NCBI GenBank assembly: GCA_964606815.1
Contig: CAZSHV010000001.1
Location: 9,909 to 69,871 of the forward strand
DNA length: 59,963 bases
Direction: 5' to 3'
Source of the DNA: an uncultured Bacteroides sp.
GTDB lineage: Bacteria > Bacteroidota > Bacteroidia > Bacteroidales > Muribaculaceae
The position numbers were made by a program, and so were the translations under genes. Shown piece by piece: positions 26,618-37,300 of the stretch. How positions within the stretch are numbered: position 1 is the first letter of the stretch; every line of letters starts with the position of its first letter. The notes beneath the pieces are model-generated. The model was not told where the DNA came from. It worked only from the letters and a program-made list of their open reading frames with translations, and did not search any database.

Positions 26618-29600
26618 ATGGAAAGCAACGAAGGAAGACTTTATTTCGGCATGGGCCTCGACCTCACCCGTCTGTCGGCAGACGCGCAAGATGCCAAGAG
26701 CATGCTCCGCGGCATTTCCACCGCCGCCATGGCCGAGGGAGGGGCGATTGACAACGCCTTCTCCGGGCAGGCCATACGCTCCATGGCCGACGACCTCAAG
26801 AAGGTGCAGGACAGCATCCGCGGCTTCGAGTTCGGTTCCGCTGAGGAGAAAATCTCCGCCCTGTCGGCCATCATCAAGGAGAACGAGGACGTGATCCTGC
26901 GCTCCAACGAGCAAATCAAGCAATGGCAGCAGCAGGCGCAGGAGGCATTCGCTTCGGGCGACATGGCTGCTTTCGAAGCTCTCACGCAGAAGATCGTGGA
27001 GCAGGGCGACTCCATGCAGGAGCTAATACTCGAGACCGCGGACTACGCCGCCGCTTTGGAGGCCGTCAAGGGCATTTCCGGAGCGACTGCCACAGGGTCA
27101 GTTGAGCCTCCGCGGCTCTACGAGAGCGAGGAGGACATACAGGCCGTGGAGGCGTTGCAGTCGCGCATTACGGAGCTCAACGAGCAAATCCGTTCCGTCA
27201 AGCAGTCGGGCGGCGACACGTCAGCCCTGCAGGCCGACCTCGACGTGGCCACCTCCAAGCTCAACGATATGCTGAACGCCGCCGCGCAGGCCGCCGCCAA
27301 GCTGGGCCACGACCTCGGCAGCCGAGCAGCCGAGGCACAGCAGAACCTCCACGAGCTCAACGCAGCCATCGCGGAGCAGCAGACCCTGATCACCGACCTT
27401 TCCGCGAAGGTGGAGCAGGCGAAGGCAGCGTACGAGCAGATAGCCGCATCGGAGAACGTCTCTGCGGAGGCCACGGCGCAGGCCGCCGCGCAGTACGAAT
27501 ACTTCTCGCAGGCTCTGCAGGACGCCAACGACCGCGTGGCGGCTCTGCAAGGGCTGCAGGTGGACGCGCAGACACAATGGCAGAGCGTCAGCCGAGAGGT
27601 GGAACAGCACGATTCGCTGATGGTGAAGATGCTCGGCGGGTATTCTAATTATCAAGAAATTCTTGGGAAGCTTCCAGCCCCGCTGCAGAGCGTCATCGGT
27701 GGCATTATGGGCATGACCGGGGCGGCGAAGGCCTTCATCGCCACGCCCCTCGGAGCTATAATCGCAGCAATCGTGCTTGCCTTGCAGGCTCTCCACGAGT
27801 GGTTCGGCTCATCGGTGGAAGGTCAGATGGCATTCGCCAAGATTTCGGGCTACGTGAGCGGCGTGCTCGGCCAGCTCAAGGAGGTGGTCTTCGCGGTGGG
27901 CAAAGCAATTTACAAGGCTTTCTCTAATCCGAAGGAGGCCGTCAAGAGCTTGTGGGAATTCATTAAGACCAACCTCCTCAACCGAATCAAGGCAATCGCT
28001 AATATGTTCGGCGATTTAGGCAAGCTGATAAAGGCGGCCCTGAAGCTGGAGTGGGATGACGTGTCGGCAAGCCTCAAAGCCATCGGCAACGACTTCCTAC
28101 AGGCCACCACTGGCGTAGAGAACCTAACCGAAAAGGTAGCAGACTGGACGGAGGAAGTCCACAACGCCGCCAAGGCAACCTCGGAGATAGCGGTGGCCAA
28201 CAAGCAGCTTGAAATCGACGCTGCCGAATGGCAGAAGCGCAACGCGGAGCTGGACAAGCAGAAGGCGCAGGCGCAGGCTAAAATCTACGACTCCTCCCTG
28301 TCAGCCGCAGAGCGCAAGAAGGCCATGGAGGAGTACAAGCGGCTGATAAAGGAGCAGACGGACAAGGAGCTGGAACTGCAGCAGCGGCGCATCGACCTGA
28401 AGGCACGCAGCAACGCCCTGACATCAAGCACCATCGAGGACGAGAACGCCCTGCGCTCCCTCGAAGCGGGCTACAGGCGCATCGAGGCGCAACAGGAGCA
28501 GCAGCTGGCTTCCACGAAGCGCAGGGAGGGTATGCTCAACCGCGCGGGCAACGCTGCCGGCAACGCTGCAGAATCGCGCGCCGCCACGGCTGCCTCCGCA
28601 GCTATGGGCATCTCGGCCTACGAGCGCGACGTGCTGCGCAAACAGCGCGAGCTGGGCTTCCAGATGGAGCAAGCCCGCATCGACGGAATGGACGAAGGCC
28701 TCGAAAAAGCCCTTGCTCTGAACAAGCTCAACTGGGACAAGCTGATGGCCGACAACGAGCAGAGAGCCGAGGAATACACCAAGCAGTACCGCGAGAAGCT
28801 GATGCTCGATTACTTGGCGAAGAACCCCGGCGCGTCAAAGGCCGAGCAGACTAAATACAAGCAATTCCTCGAGACCGAGATCTCGGCCGCCGACCTCCCG
28901 CAGCAGATTAAGGACATGCTCAAGCAATACGAGGACATGGCCACTGAGGCGTTCAACCGCTCCAACGAGAACGCCTTGCAGAACGCGCTGCAGGGCATTC
29001 AGACTTACACCCAGCAGCGTCTCGAAGTCGAGAAGAAATTCAAGGAGCAAGAGGAGGCTCTCTACGACCACGACAAGGACGGCAACCGCACCGGGCTGAA
29101 GAATGGCGTCACGCAAGGCAACATCGATGAGCTGCACCGACAAAGGGACGAGACCTTGGAGGCAGTGGACGAGCAGTTCGCCGCCCGCGAGGAGGAATAC
29201 AAGCGATGGTGCGATTCTCTTGCAAATCTATCGCTCGAACAGCTCGAAGACACTCTATCCAAGGCCGAGCAGGAGCTCGATGCCCTGAAGGATAGCGGCA
29301 AAGCCACCGACCAGCAGCTGGCCACCGCCTCTGCCAAAGTGGCCAAGGCGAGGAAGGCCGTCGACAAAGCCAAGAAGGACAACAACACCAACCCCGGCAA
29401 GCGCACCATAAAGGAGTGGGAAGTCCTGTACAAGACGCTCGGCGAGGTGGAGAAGGAGTTCGAGAGCATCGGCGACACCGTCGGCGGCGTGGTGGGCGAC
29501 ATCGTCAAGGAATGCGGCCGAGTGGCCACGTCCTCGCTGTCCATGATCAACGGCATCGTGCAGCTGGCCAACTGGAGCGCGACGGCCACGAAGATGGCAG

Positions 29601-30847
29601 CCGAGGGAGCGTCCAAGTCCATACAGACGCTGGAGAAGGCTTCGGTGATTCTCACCATCATTTCCGCCGCCATGCAGATTGCCACGCAGATAGCGAGCCT
29701 GTTCAACAGCGACAACAAGCGTCAAAAGGAAATCGACGCCCTGCAGGAGCGCATAGACCAACTGCAGTGGGAGCTGGACAACGCCGAGACTCTGCGCTCG
29801 CAGCGGTTCGCCCTCGGAGGGAGGTACATCGACCAAGTGCGCGTGTCGCTGGCTGCGGCCCGCGGGGAGCTCGCCCGCGGCGCGGCAGAGACGAAGGACT
29901 GGCTGGGCTGGCTCAACGCCGTCTACGCCAAAGCCTCCAAGAACGACGACCTGCTGCGCCGCGGGGCCGACAAGGCAGCGCAGGCCTACGCCAACATGGC
30001 CTACACCGCCGACAAGGCCTTCGGCGACGCCCGCTACGAGAGCAGCATGGACCAGCTGCGCAACATCGCCCAGCAGCAGATTCTCATCCAAGAGCAGTTG
30101 GACGCCGAGCGCAGCAAGAAAAAAGGCGACTCGGCCAAAATCAAGGAATGGGAGCAGAAAATCGAGGAGCTCGGACAGCAGGCTCTGGAGGTGATCAACG
30201 ACATGGTGGAGGAAATCATAGGCGACTCCGCCTCCGGCATCGCCGAGGAGCTGGCTGACGCGTTCTTCGAGGCTTTCGCGGCTGGCGAGGACGCCGCCAA
30301 GGCGTGGGGCGACAAGGTCAACGACATCGTGGGCGACATCCTCAAGCGCATAATGGTGCAGAGGTTCCTCGAGCAGCCGCTGGGCGATATATTCGACCGC
30401 TACAAGGACAAGTGGTTCCCCAACGGCCAGTTCGCTGGGCTGGAGGCCGTGCAGAGCTCCATGCAGGAATTCGCCGGCGACCTAAACGATCAGTTCGCGG
30501 CGTTCCGAGAGGCCATGGACGCGATGCCGGGCGAGCTGAAGCAGTACTTCATCGACTCCTCCGACGACGAACGCGCGGCCTCGCAGGGCGGCATAGCGCA
30601 GGCCTCGCAGGACAGCGTGGACGAGCTCAACGGCCGCGCCACGGCCATCCAAGGCCACACCTTCTCCATCAGCGAGAACACCAAGACGCTCGTGAGCAAC
30701 ACCTCCGCCATCCTCGCATCGGTGATGAACATCGAGGGGCATACGGGCGACATGGCCCGCCAGATGGCCGACATGCGCTCCGACATGCGACAGATGCGCT
30801 CAGCCATCTCCGACATCCAGCTCAAAGGTTTACGTCTCTCTCATTAA
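26618..30847 (+). CDS. Tail tape measure protein
   Basis: 1409 aa, Ala/Gln/Glu-rich helical, central hydrophobic segment, C-terminal 'ASQDSVDELNGR'. Confidence 0.9.
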   Translation: MESNEGRLYFGMGLDLTRLSADAQDAKSMLRGISTAAMAEGGAIDNAFSGQAIRSMADDLKKVQDSIRGFEFGSAEEKISALSAIIKENEDVILRSNEQIKQWQQQAQEAFASGDMAAFEALTQKIVEQGDSMQELILETADYAAALEAVKGISGATATGSVEPPRLYESEEDIQAVEALQSRITELNEQIRSVKQSGGDTSALQADLDVATSKLNDMLNAAAQAAAKLGHDLGSRAAEAQQNLHELNAAIAEQQTLITDLSAKVEQAKAAYEQIAASENVSAEATAQAAAQYEYFSQALQDANDRVAALQGLQVDAQTQWQSVSREVEQHDSLMVKMLGGYSNYQEILGKLPAPLQSVIGGIMGMTGAAKAFIATPLGAIIAAIVLALQALHEWFGSSVEGQMAFAKISGYVSGVLGQLKEVVFAVGKAIYKAFSNPKEAVKSLWEFIKTNLLNRIKAIANMFGDLGKLIKAALKLEWDDVSASLKAIGNDFLQATTGVENLTEKVADWTEEVHNAAKATSEIAVANKQLEIDAAEWQKRNAELDKQKAQAQAKIYDSSLSAAERKKAMEEYKRLIKEQTDKELELQQRRIDLKARSNALTSSTIEDENALRSLEAGYRRIEAQQEQQLASTKRREGMLNRAGNAAGNAAESRAATAASAAMGISAYERDVLRKQRELGFQMEQARIDGMDEGLEKALALNKLNWDKLMADNEQRAEEYTKQYREKLMLDYLAKNPGASKAEQTKYKQFLETEISAADLPQQIKDMLKQYEDMATEAFNRSNENALQNALQGIQTYTQQRLEVEKKFKEQEEALYDHDKDGNRTGLKNGVTQGNIDELHRQRDETLEAVDEQFAAREEEYKRWCDSLANLSLEQLEDTLSKAEQELDALKDSGKATDQQLATASAKVAKARKAVDKAKKDNNTNPGKRTIKEWEVLYKTLGEVEKEFESIGDTVGGVVGDIVKECGRVATSSLSMINGIVQLANWSATATKMAAEGASKSIQTLEKASVILTIISAAMQIATQIASLFNSDNKRQKEIDALQERIDQLQWELDNAETLRSQRFALGGRYIDQVRVSLAAARGELARGAAETKDWLGWLNAVYAKASKNDDLLRRGADKAAQAYANMAYTADKAFGDARYESSMDQLRNIAQQQILIQEQLDAERSKKKGDSAKIKEWEQKIEELGQQALEVINDMVEEIIGDSASGIAEELADAFFEAFAAGEDAAKAWGDKVNDIVGDILKRIMVQRFLEQPLGDIFDRYKDKWFPNGQFAGLEAVQSSMQEFAGDLNDQFAAFREAMDAMPGELKQYFIDSSDDERAASQGGIAQASQDSVDELNGRATAIQGHTFSISENTKTLVSNTSAILASVMNIEGHTGDMARQMADMRSDMRQMRSAISDIQLKGLRLSH

Positions 30848-30860
30848 CACCCCAACTGCA

Positions 30861-31286
30861 ATGGAAAACCTCATCAAGCAGATACGCCGGCAGGCCGACC
30901 TCCTGAGCCAGTGCGGCCTCATGACCGGGCAGGAGGATATGGACGCTCTGGTGGAGCTCTTCACCTCTCCCAGGGGCGCGGAGTTCTGCCTAGCCCACAA
31001 TTTCCCCTCGCTCGCCACCCTCGCCGCCTTCAAGCCCCACGGAGCGCACGAGCGGGGCGTGTTCATCAACTTCGGAGGCCTCGCCGTGAGCGGGCGCAGG
31101 AAGGTCGTCCTCGTGGGTCGCACCTCCGCCACCGTCAACTGCGACGAGACGGCCCGCTACGAGATCATGCTTCTGCACGGCGCGAAATGCGTGGTCAACG
31201 CTTCGGGCTGGGCGGTGGTGTCCGTGCAGGCGGGGCGCGGATGCCAAGTGATCAAGAACGCCTCCGGCAACGCCATAATCCTATGA
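30861..31286 (+). CDS. Hypothetical tail-region protein
   Basis: 141 aa ORF after the tape measure gene. Confidence 0.65.
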   Translation: MENLIKQIRRQADLLSQCGLMTGQEDMDALVELFTSPRGAEFCLAHNFPSLATLAAFKPHGAHERGVFINFGGLAVSGRRKVVLVGRTSATVNCDETARYEIMLLHGAKCVVNASGWAVVSVQAGRGCQVIKNASGNAIIL

Positions 31287-32221
31287 TGACCGGACAGCTG
31301 TACATAGACGGGCTCGACGCGTACATCTCGTTCGGGGCGTACGTCACCGAGGGGGGCTTCAACGACCTCGCCACTTTCCCGCCGCTCAAGACCCCGCCGA
31401 GCAACGACTGGCAAGAGGAGGACGGCATAGAGGTTGACCTGTCCGCGCCGAGGCTGGACACTCGCGAGGTGACGATGAAGTTCGCCTTCGCCGAGCCAAA
31501 CGCTCGCCTGCTGGACTTCATAGAGCTTCTCTCCGACTCAGCATACCATGACTTCAACTGCCGGGCCATAGGCCGCTCCTTCAAGCTGCGCCTCACGCAG
31601 GGCGGCAGCCTCGACATCGTCGGGGGCATACGAGTGGCCACCTTCAAGTTCGCCGACGATTTCCCGATGCCCGCGAGCAAAGTTCAGCCCCCGCAGAGCG
31701 ACTACCCGACCTACGAGGAGTATCTGCTGGACGGCCGTCCGCTCACCGACTACGGATGCCACGTGCTTGAGGGCTCGCTCGCCGAGGTGCTGAAGGCCTC
31801 CTCCGTCAAGCAGAACCTGCTGCGCGACATCCCCTCCATGCAGGGCGCGATCTACGACGGCGACGGCGGCGCGCGGTTCAAGGCCAAGGAGGCGAAGATA
31901 AAGTGCCTGATGCGCGCCTCCTCGCTGCAGCAGCTGTGGCGCAACTGGGACGCTCTGCTGCGCCAGCTCGCCAGCCCCGGCGAGAGGGAGCTGCGCGTGG
32001 GCCTCGGCCTCAACCGCTCGTTCCCGTGCAGATACAAGAGCGCGAGTGTGTCGGCCTTCTATCCCCTCGGGAAGATATGGCTCGAGTTCGCCCTCACGCT
32101 CGTCTTCACCCGCGACTTCGCGCCATCCTCCGCTTGGGGGCTGCTGGCAGCGCAGAGCGGAGACTGCATCGCCGCCGAGGACGGCTCCCTAATCCTCCTG
32201 CGCCCGTTATCACAGTATTAA
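31283..32221 (+). CDS. Distal tail (Dit)-like protein
   Basis: ATGA-coupled; two repeated 'YIDGLD/YLLDGR' modules; position after the tape measure gene. Confidence 0.6.
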   Translation: MMTGQLYIDGLDAYISFGAYVTEGGFNDLATFPPLKTPPSNDWQEEDGIEVDLSAPRLDTREVTMKFAFAEPNARLLDFIELLSDSAYHDFNCRAIGRSFKLRLTQGGSLDIVGGIRVATFKFADDFPMPASKVQPPQSDYPTYEEYLLDGRPLTDYGCHVLEGSLAEVLKASSVKQNLLRDIPSMQGAIYDGDGGARFKAKEAKIKCLMRASSLQQLWRNWDALLRQLASPGERELRVGLGLNRSFPCRYKSASVSAFYPLGKIWLEFALTLVFTRDFAPSSAWGLLAAQSGDCIAAEDGSLILLRPLSQY

Positions 32222-32237
32222 CCTCAACACCATAACC

Positions 32238-33128
32238 ATGGCCGACAACAAAATAAAAATCACCGAGCTCCCGAAATGCGACTCCACGCAGGGGCTGACA
32301 ACGCTGGGAGTGAACAACCTCAACCAGAGCGTGAAGGTGCCTCTGGGCGGCATCATCGCCGCGCTCGAGGAAACTATGGCGGCATTACGGGAAGAGTGCG
32401 CCGAGCTCGCCGAGCAGCTGGGCAAGGTCAAGCAGCAGGCACAGCTCGCCAAGCTCTGCCAGGACGACGGCATATGCCGATACGCCCCGTACATCATCCG
32501 CCCCGACGGCAACATCTACGAGTGGGCGGAGACCGACAGCAACCGCAGCGTGGTGTTCCGCCCGCTCCTGGGTGTCTGCTACGAGCTGTCGCCCGCCCTG
32601 CTTACGACTGGCACCAACGCCATATATTGCAGGCTCGACCCCGCCGCCAGCCACGGCATAGAGGTGGTCAAGGCCGTATGGCAAAACTCCAACCTGCTGC
32701 AAGCACCCGCGGACATCGACTACGACTTCTGCGCCGTGGGCATGGACAAGACCAACCTCGGCATCGCCGAGTGGCCAGCCGAGAGCGAGCTGTACTTCCA
32801 CGCCACATCCCACGACCGCCTGCTGGTGGTGTCCTACGACGCTGCCGAGGACGTGCCTACCGTGGCGCAGCCCAACGCCACCGCCGCCGAGCCCTACGAC
32901 ATCGTGTGGGCGACCAACCGCAAGTATTTCGTGGCCCGCAGGCTGGAGGGCGGGGCTGCCGTGTACTACCGCAACTGGCCGAGCAGAGGCACGTACATGA
33001 CAGGCGTGGACTTATACTCCGCCACCCCCGACTACATAGGCCGCCCCCGCGCGGACGTGATGTACCGCGGCCCGCAGGGGCAACTGCAATGTATCATCGA
33101 CAACGACCTCAAACCCCTTATTTTATGA
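32238..33128 (+). CDS. Putative tail fibre / baseplate-associated protein
   Basis: N-terminal 'KIKITELP...TLGV..NQSVKV' tail-attachment-like motif followed by a coiled coil. Confidence 0.55.
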   Translation: MADNKIKITELPKCDSTQGLTTLGVNNLNQSVKVPLGGIIAALEETMAALREECAELAEQLGKVKQQAQLAKLCQDDGICRYAPYIIRPDGNIYEWAETDSNRSVVFRPLLGVCYELSPALLTTGTNAIYCRLDPAASHGIEVVKAVWQNSNLLQAPADIDYDFCAVGMDKTNLGIAEWPAESELYFHATSHDRLLVVSYDAAEDVPTVAQPNATAAEPYDIVWATNRKYFVARRLEGGAAVYYRNWPSRGTYMTGVDLYSATPDYIGRPRADVMYRGPQGQLQCIIDNDLKPLIL

Positions 33129-34126
33129 TTTGCTCTGATTTCTACCTTCTTCTCAAACCCAGTCTGCCGGGTTCAGCATTAGACACCGCTCTGACGCAGG
33201 ACAACTACGACATCAAGGGCCGCGTGACCACCGACGCGTTCGGCTGCATGCCTTTCGAGTTCGGCCGCGTCGGCGGCGTGTGCCGCTCCTGCCAAGCGCA
33301 GGATGACGGCCTGCTCGTGGCCGTGGACGGCGGCAAGCTGCTCCCCGGCAAAATCTTCGCCGAGCTCACCGTGCGCATCCCGAATAATGACTACCCCGAC
33401 GGCTTCCAAGACGTCATCTCCACCATCGACACTGGCCAGACCCTCACCCCCGACACAGGCACAGGCATGGTGCGCGCTTACGTGCTGTGCTCGCCCCCTA
33501 CAGCCCAGCCACAGCCCGCCGCGCTTAAGGGCAGCGGCATCCACCAGATCTACGCCTATGTGGAGGGCGGCAAGCTCAAGGTGACAGGCCACGCCGAGCT
33601 GCTCAAGGCTGGCTACGTGCCTTATATCTTCCGACGCACCCACAAGCGCAACAAATTCACGAACCGACGTACTCACGAAATCATCGAAAAGAAAAAATAC
33701 AGCCTCCCCCGCAAAGGCTGGAATCTCTTCGGTCATCAGCATTTAGTTAGAATTGTAGACGGCACAGTGCAGTTCATGAACGTTGTTAAACATGCGGAAG
33801 AAGATGGTTATACCATGCAATTTTCGGAAGAGGCCGAGGAGTTCGTCACAGTGCATGAGGACGAGGACGGCTTCCACTCAGTGGCATGGGGGCGGAGCAA
33901 GATATCTTTGCACAAGCGGGAGTACATCCCCGAAGAGGAATGTTGGGGCGACGTGGATACCAAACGCCGTGTGCGCCTGCGCTTCGCCATTGCCTTCGGC
34001 CTTCCTTACAGGCAGAATAACACAAGGATAACTCCGGCGAACATGGTGACCAACCTCGCCGAGTTTTCAGTCGTCTTTACCCCAAACGGCATTAATGGAC
34101 AGGAGTACTGGACGTTCAGCCGTTAA
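33125..34126 (+). CDS. Hypothetical tail-region protein
   Basis: ATGA-coupled start at 33125 (MICSDFYLLL...); AT-richer C-terminal half. Confidence 0.6.
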   Translation: MICSDFYLLLKPSLPGSALDTALTQDNYDIKGRVTTDAFGCMPFEFGRVGGVCRSCQAQDDGLLVAVDGGKLLPGKIFAELTVRIPNNDYPDGFQDVISTIDTGQTLTPDTGTGMVRAYVLCSPPTAQPQPAALKGSGIHQIYAYVEGGKLKVTGHAELLKAGYVPYIFRRTHKRNKFTNRRTHEIIEKKKYSLPRKGWNLFGHQHLVRIVDGTVQFMNVVKHAEEDGYTMQFSEEAEEFVTVHEDEDGFHSVAWGRSKISLHKREYIPEEECWGDVDTKRRVRLRFAIAFGLPYRQNNTRITPANMVTNLAEFSVVFTPNGINGQEYWTFSR

Positions 34127-34305
34127 CGGCCTAAAACTATGATGGCCGCTCGCTGGCGAGCGAGAGGCCATCCCATATTCATTACATGATAGCGAAAGGC
34201 TTCCATGCAATCGTCGCGAGTTCGCTAAAGGGCGAGCAAGAATACACCGCAAAGATACGCAAAAACATCAACATTCGCAAGCCAATACTATTAAAATAAC
34301 TCTGG

Positions 34306-37300
34306 ATGAAGATATACGACGCTAACGACTGCATCATCCTCGACGTGCCGGTGGACGACACCTCATACCGCTACCGAGCCGTGATGGGCGACAACAGCCT
34401 CACCCTCAACTTCTCGCTGCCCGAACACGTGGAAATCCCCACCGGGGCTTACTGCGACTTCGAGGGCGAGAGGTACACGCTGATGCGCCCGCAGCAGCTG
34501 AAGATGCGCCACCGCAGGCTCTACGAGTACACCGCCGTCTTCTCTTCCGAGCAGGACAAGATGAAGATTTGGAAATTCCGCAACCCCGTGGACGGACGGC
34601 TGAAGTTCCCGCTCACCGCCAAGCCGGCGGAGCATCTGCAGATGCTCGTCGACAACCTCAACAGCCGAGAGCAGGGGTGGACGGCGGGGCAGTGCATAGA
34701 CGACACGGAGAAGCTCGTGTGCTACGACCATGACTTCTGCTGGGACGCGCTGGCCAAGATGGCCTCGGAGTTCGGGACGGAGTTCGAGGTAAAGGGCAAG
34801 ACGGTGTCGCTGCGCAAGGTGGAGTACGACAAATCCGACCCGCTGCGGCTCTCTTACGGACGCGGCAACGGACTGCTCCCCGGCGTGGGCCGAGGCAACG
34901 CGAGCGAAGGAGCGGCCGTGGAGATTCTCTACGTGCAGGGCGGCGACCGAAACATAGACCGCTCCAAGTATCCCCCCGAAGAGGAAGAAGCCCAGCGAGC
35001 CGCCTCCAACGGCTGTCTGCTGCTGCCGGCAGGGCAGGTCATAGCCTACGACGGCGAGCATTTCGAGGACGAGGAGAGGTTCAACCCCGAAGCCGCGAAC
35101 CGATACCAAGCGGACGCTCTCGGCCTGTACATACGCAACATTGACCGCTCCCCCTCCACACTCGCCGAGGACAGCCTCGACCGCTCCGAGGACTACCCCA
35201 AGCGCGTTGGCGAGGTGTCGGAAGCATGGGAGGTGGACCCGGACAAGCACTTCTGGGACTTCACCGACAAGGACATCCCGGAGAATCTGGACTATTCGCA
35301 GTGCCTGATCGGCGAGGAGCGCATGAGCGTGGTGTTTCAGAGCGGTATGCTCGCGGGCAGGGAGTTCGAGGTGTTTTACTACCACGAGGAGGAGACGGCG
35401 ATTGACGGCCAGAGCAAAGCCGCGCGCCGCTTCGAGATTGTGCCGCAGGAAGTGGACGGCATGACTATGCCCGGAGGCGACTTCATCCCCCGCCCCGGCG
35501 ACAAGTACGCCGTCTTCAACGTGATGCTCCCGCCCTCCTACATACGCGACGACGAGAGCAAGAGCGGGGCGTCGTGGGATATGTTCCGCGCGGCAGTGCG
35601 CTATCTGCACGACAACGAGGAGCCTAAGCTGACTTTCACTGGCGAGCTGGACGGTCTGTGGGCCAAGAAGGACTGGCTGCGTATCGGGGCGAAGATACGC
35701 CTCGGCGGCTTCGTGCGTTTCGTGGACGAACAGTTCGCCCCGCAGGGCGCGCTCGTGCGCATCGTGGGCATCAAGGACAGCGTCAACTCGCCTCACAGCC
35801 CGCAGATAGAGCTCTCCAACGAGACCGTCAGCCCCTCGGTGGCATCTACCCTCAAGGAGCTCAAAAGCGAGGAGGTGGTGACGGAGGAGAACCACAAGCA
35901 GGCTCTGCAGTTCGCCAAGCGCAGATTCAGCGACGCCAAGGAGACCATGGAGATGATAAGCGCGGCTCTGGCCGACGACTTCTCCGAGCGCATCAACCCC
36001 GTGGCCGTGGAGACGATGTCCATGCTGGTGGGTGACCCGAAGCTGCAGTTCAGATTCGTCACCGGCCCAGGCAGCGATGTGGCCGTGGTTCACCATGTTA
36101 CGTGGGACGCCGCATCCAAGACGCTCATCGTCCCCGGCGGCTGCATCCAGCACATGACCATCGGCATCTCCGACATCGCCGCCTCGCACGCTTCGGATGA
36201 GTACCGCTACTGGACGGCGGGCGCGTATGTAAGCCCTCCGCTCTCCGACCCCGAAGCCAAATACTACCTCTACGTCAAGGCGCAGGCGAAAGCCATAGGC
36301 GCGGGCTTCGCCGTGTTCGCGCTCGAGGAGGAGGCGCAGCCTTTCACAAAGGACGGCTTCTACAACCTGCTCTACGGCATCCTCAACGCCGAGCGCGACG
36401 GTGAGCGCAGCTTCGCCACACTCCACGGATTCACCGAGATTCTGCCGGGGCGCATCACGGCTGACCGCCTCGTGGCCACGGACGGGGAGTCGTGGTTCGA
36501 TATGGCCAACGCCTCGCTCAAGCTCAAGGACAAGCTCGTGTTCAACCACGACGGCAACGGCGAGCTGCGCCTGCGCGGCACTATCGTGCAGAGCCAAGGG
36601 GGCGAGAGCGAGGCTCCGCTGGGCTGCTACAGGGGCATTTGGGACTCCGAGGGATTCTACTACGCCGGCGACGAGGTGACTTACCGCCCCGCCGACGACA
36701 AGCCCCTCTCCACCTACCGCTGCGTGCAGTCGCAGGCTCTCCATAAAATGCCTCCATCATCCTCGCCGAGCTGGCAGGTGCTGGCCGAGGGCGTCAAGGG
36801 CGAGCAGGGCCACAGCCCCGCGCTCGTATACCGCGGCGATTTCAGCCCCGCCGAGACCTACTACGGCACACCCTCCCGCCGCGACTGCGTAAAGAGCGGT
36901 GCCGCTTACTTCGCAGCGCGCACCGACACCCCGGAAGGCGCGAGGGGCTTCCGCGGCCGAGACACGGAGCAGGCAGCCTACTGGGAGCCGTTCGGGGCCT
37001 CGTTCTCGAGCGTGGCCACAGGGCTGCTGCTGGCCGAGCAGGCCTTCATCGACAACCTCGGCGTGAGGGAGCTGATGACGGCCACCGAGGGCAGACGAGT
37101 CCACATATCCCAGGCGCAGAACCGCATGACCGTCCACGACGAGGACGGGGCTTCGAGCATCGTCATCGCCGGAGAGACCTTGTCGGACAGCTCGCTTTTT
37201 GGCGGAGCGAAGGCGGAGTATGTAATAGACCGCGTGCGACTGCAACAGAAAGGCGAGTCTGCCACCTCGGAACGCGTCTGGGGCGAGGAGCGCACGTTCA

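Noticed and set aside
34363-36744. Long antisense and alternate-frame ORFs (e.g. 793 aa here; also 4714-6036, 4875-6287, 12716-13813, 53034-53990)
   Set aside because: Shadow ORFs of GC-rich coding genes with no recognisable motifs, fully overlapping well-supported genes.
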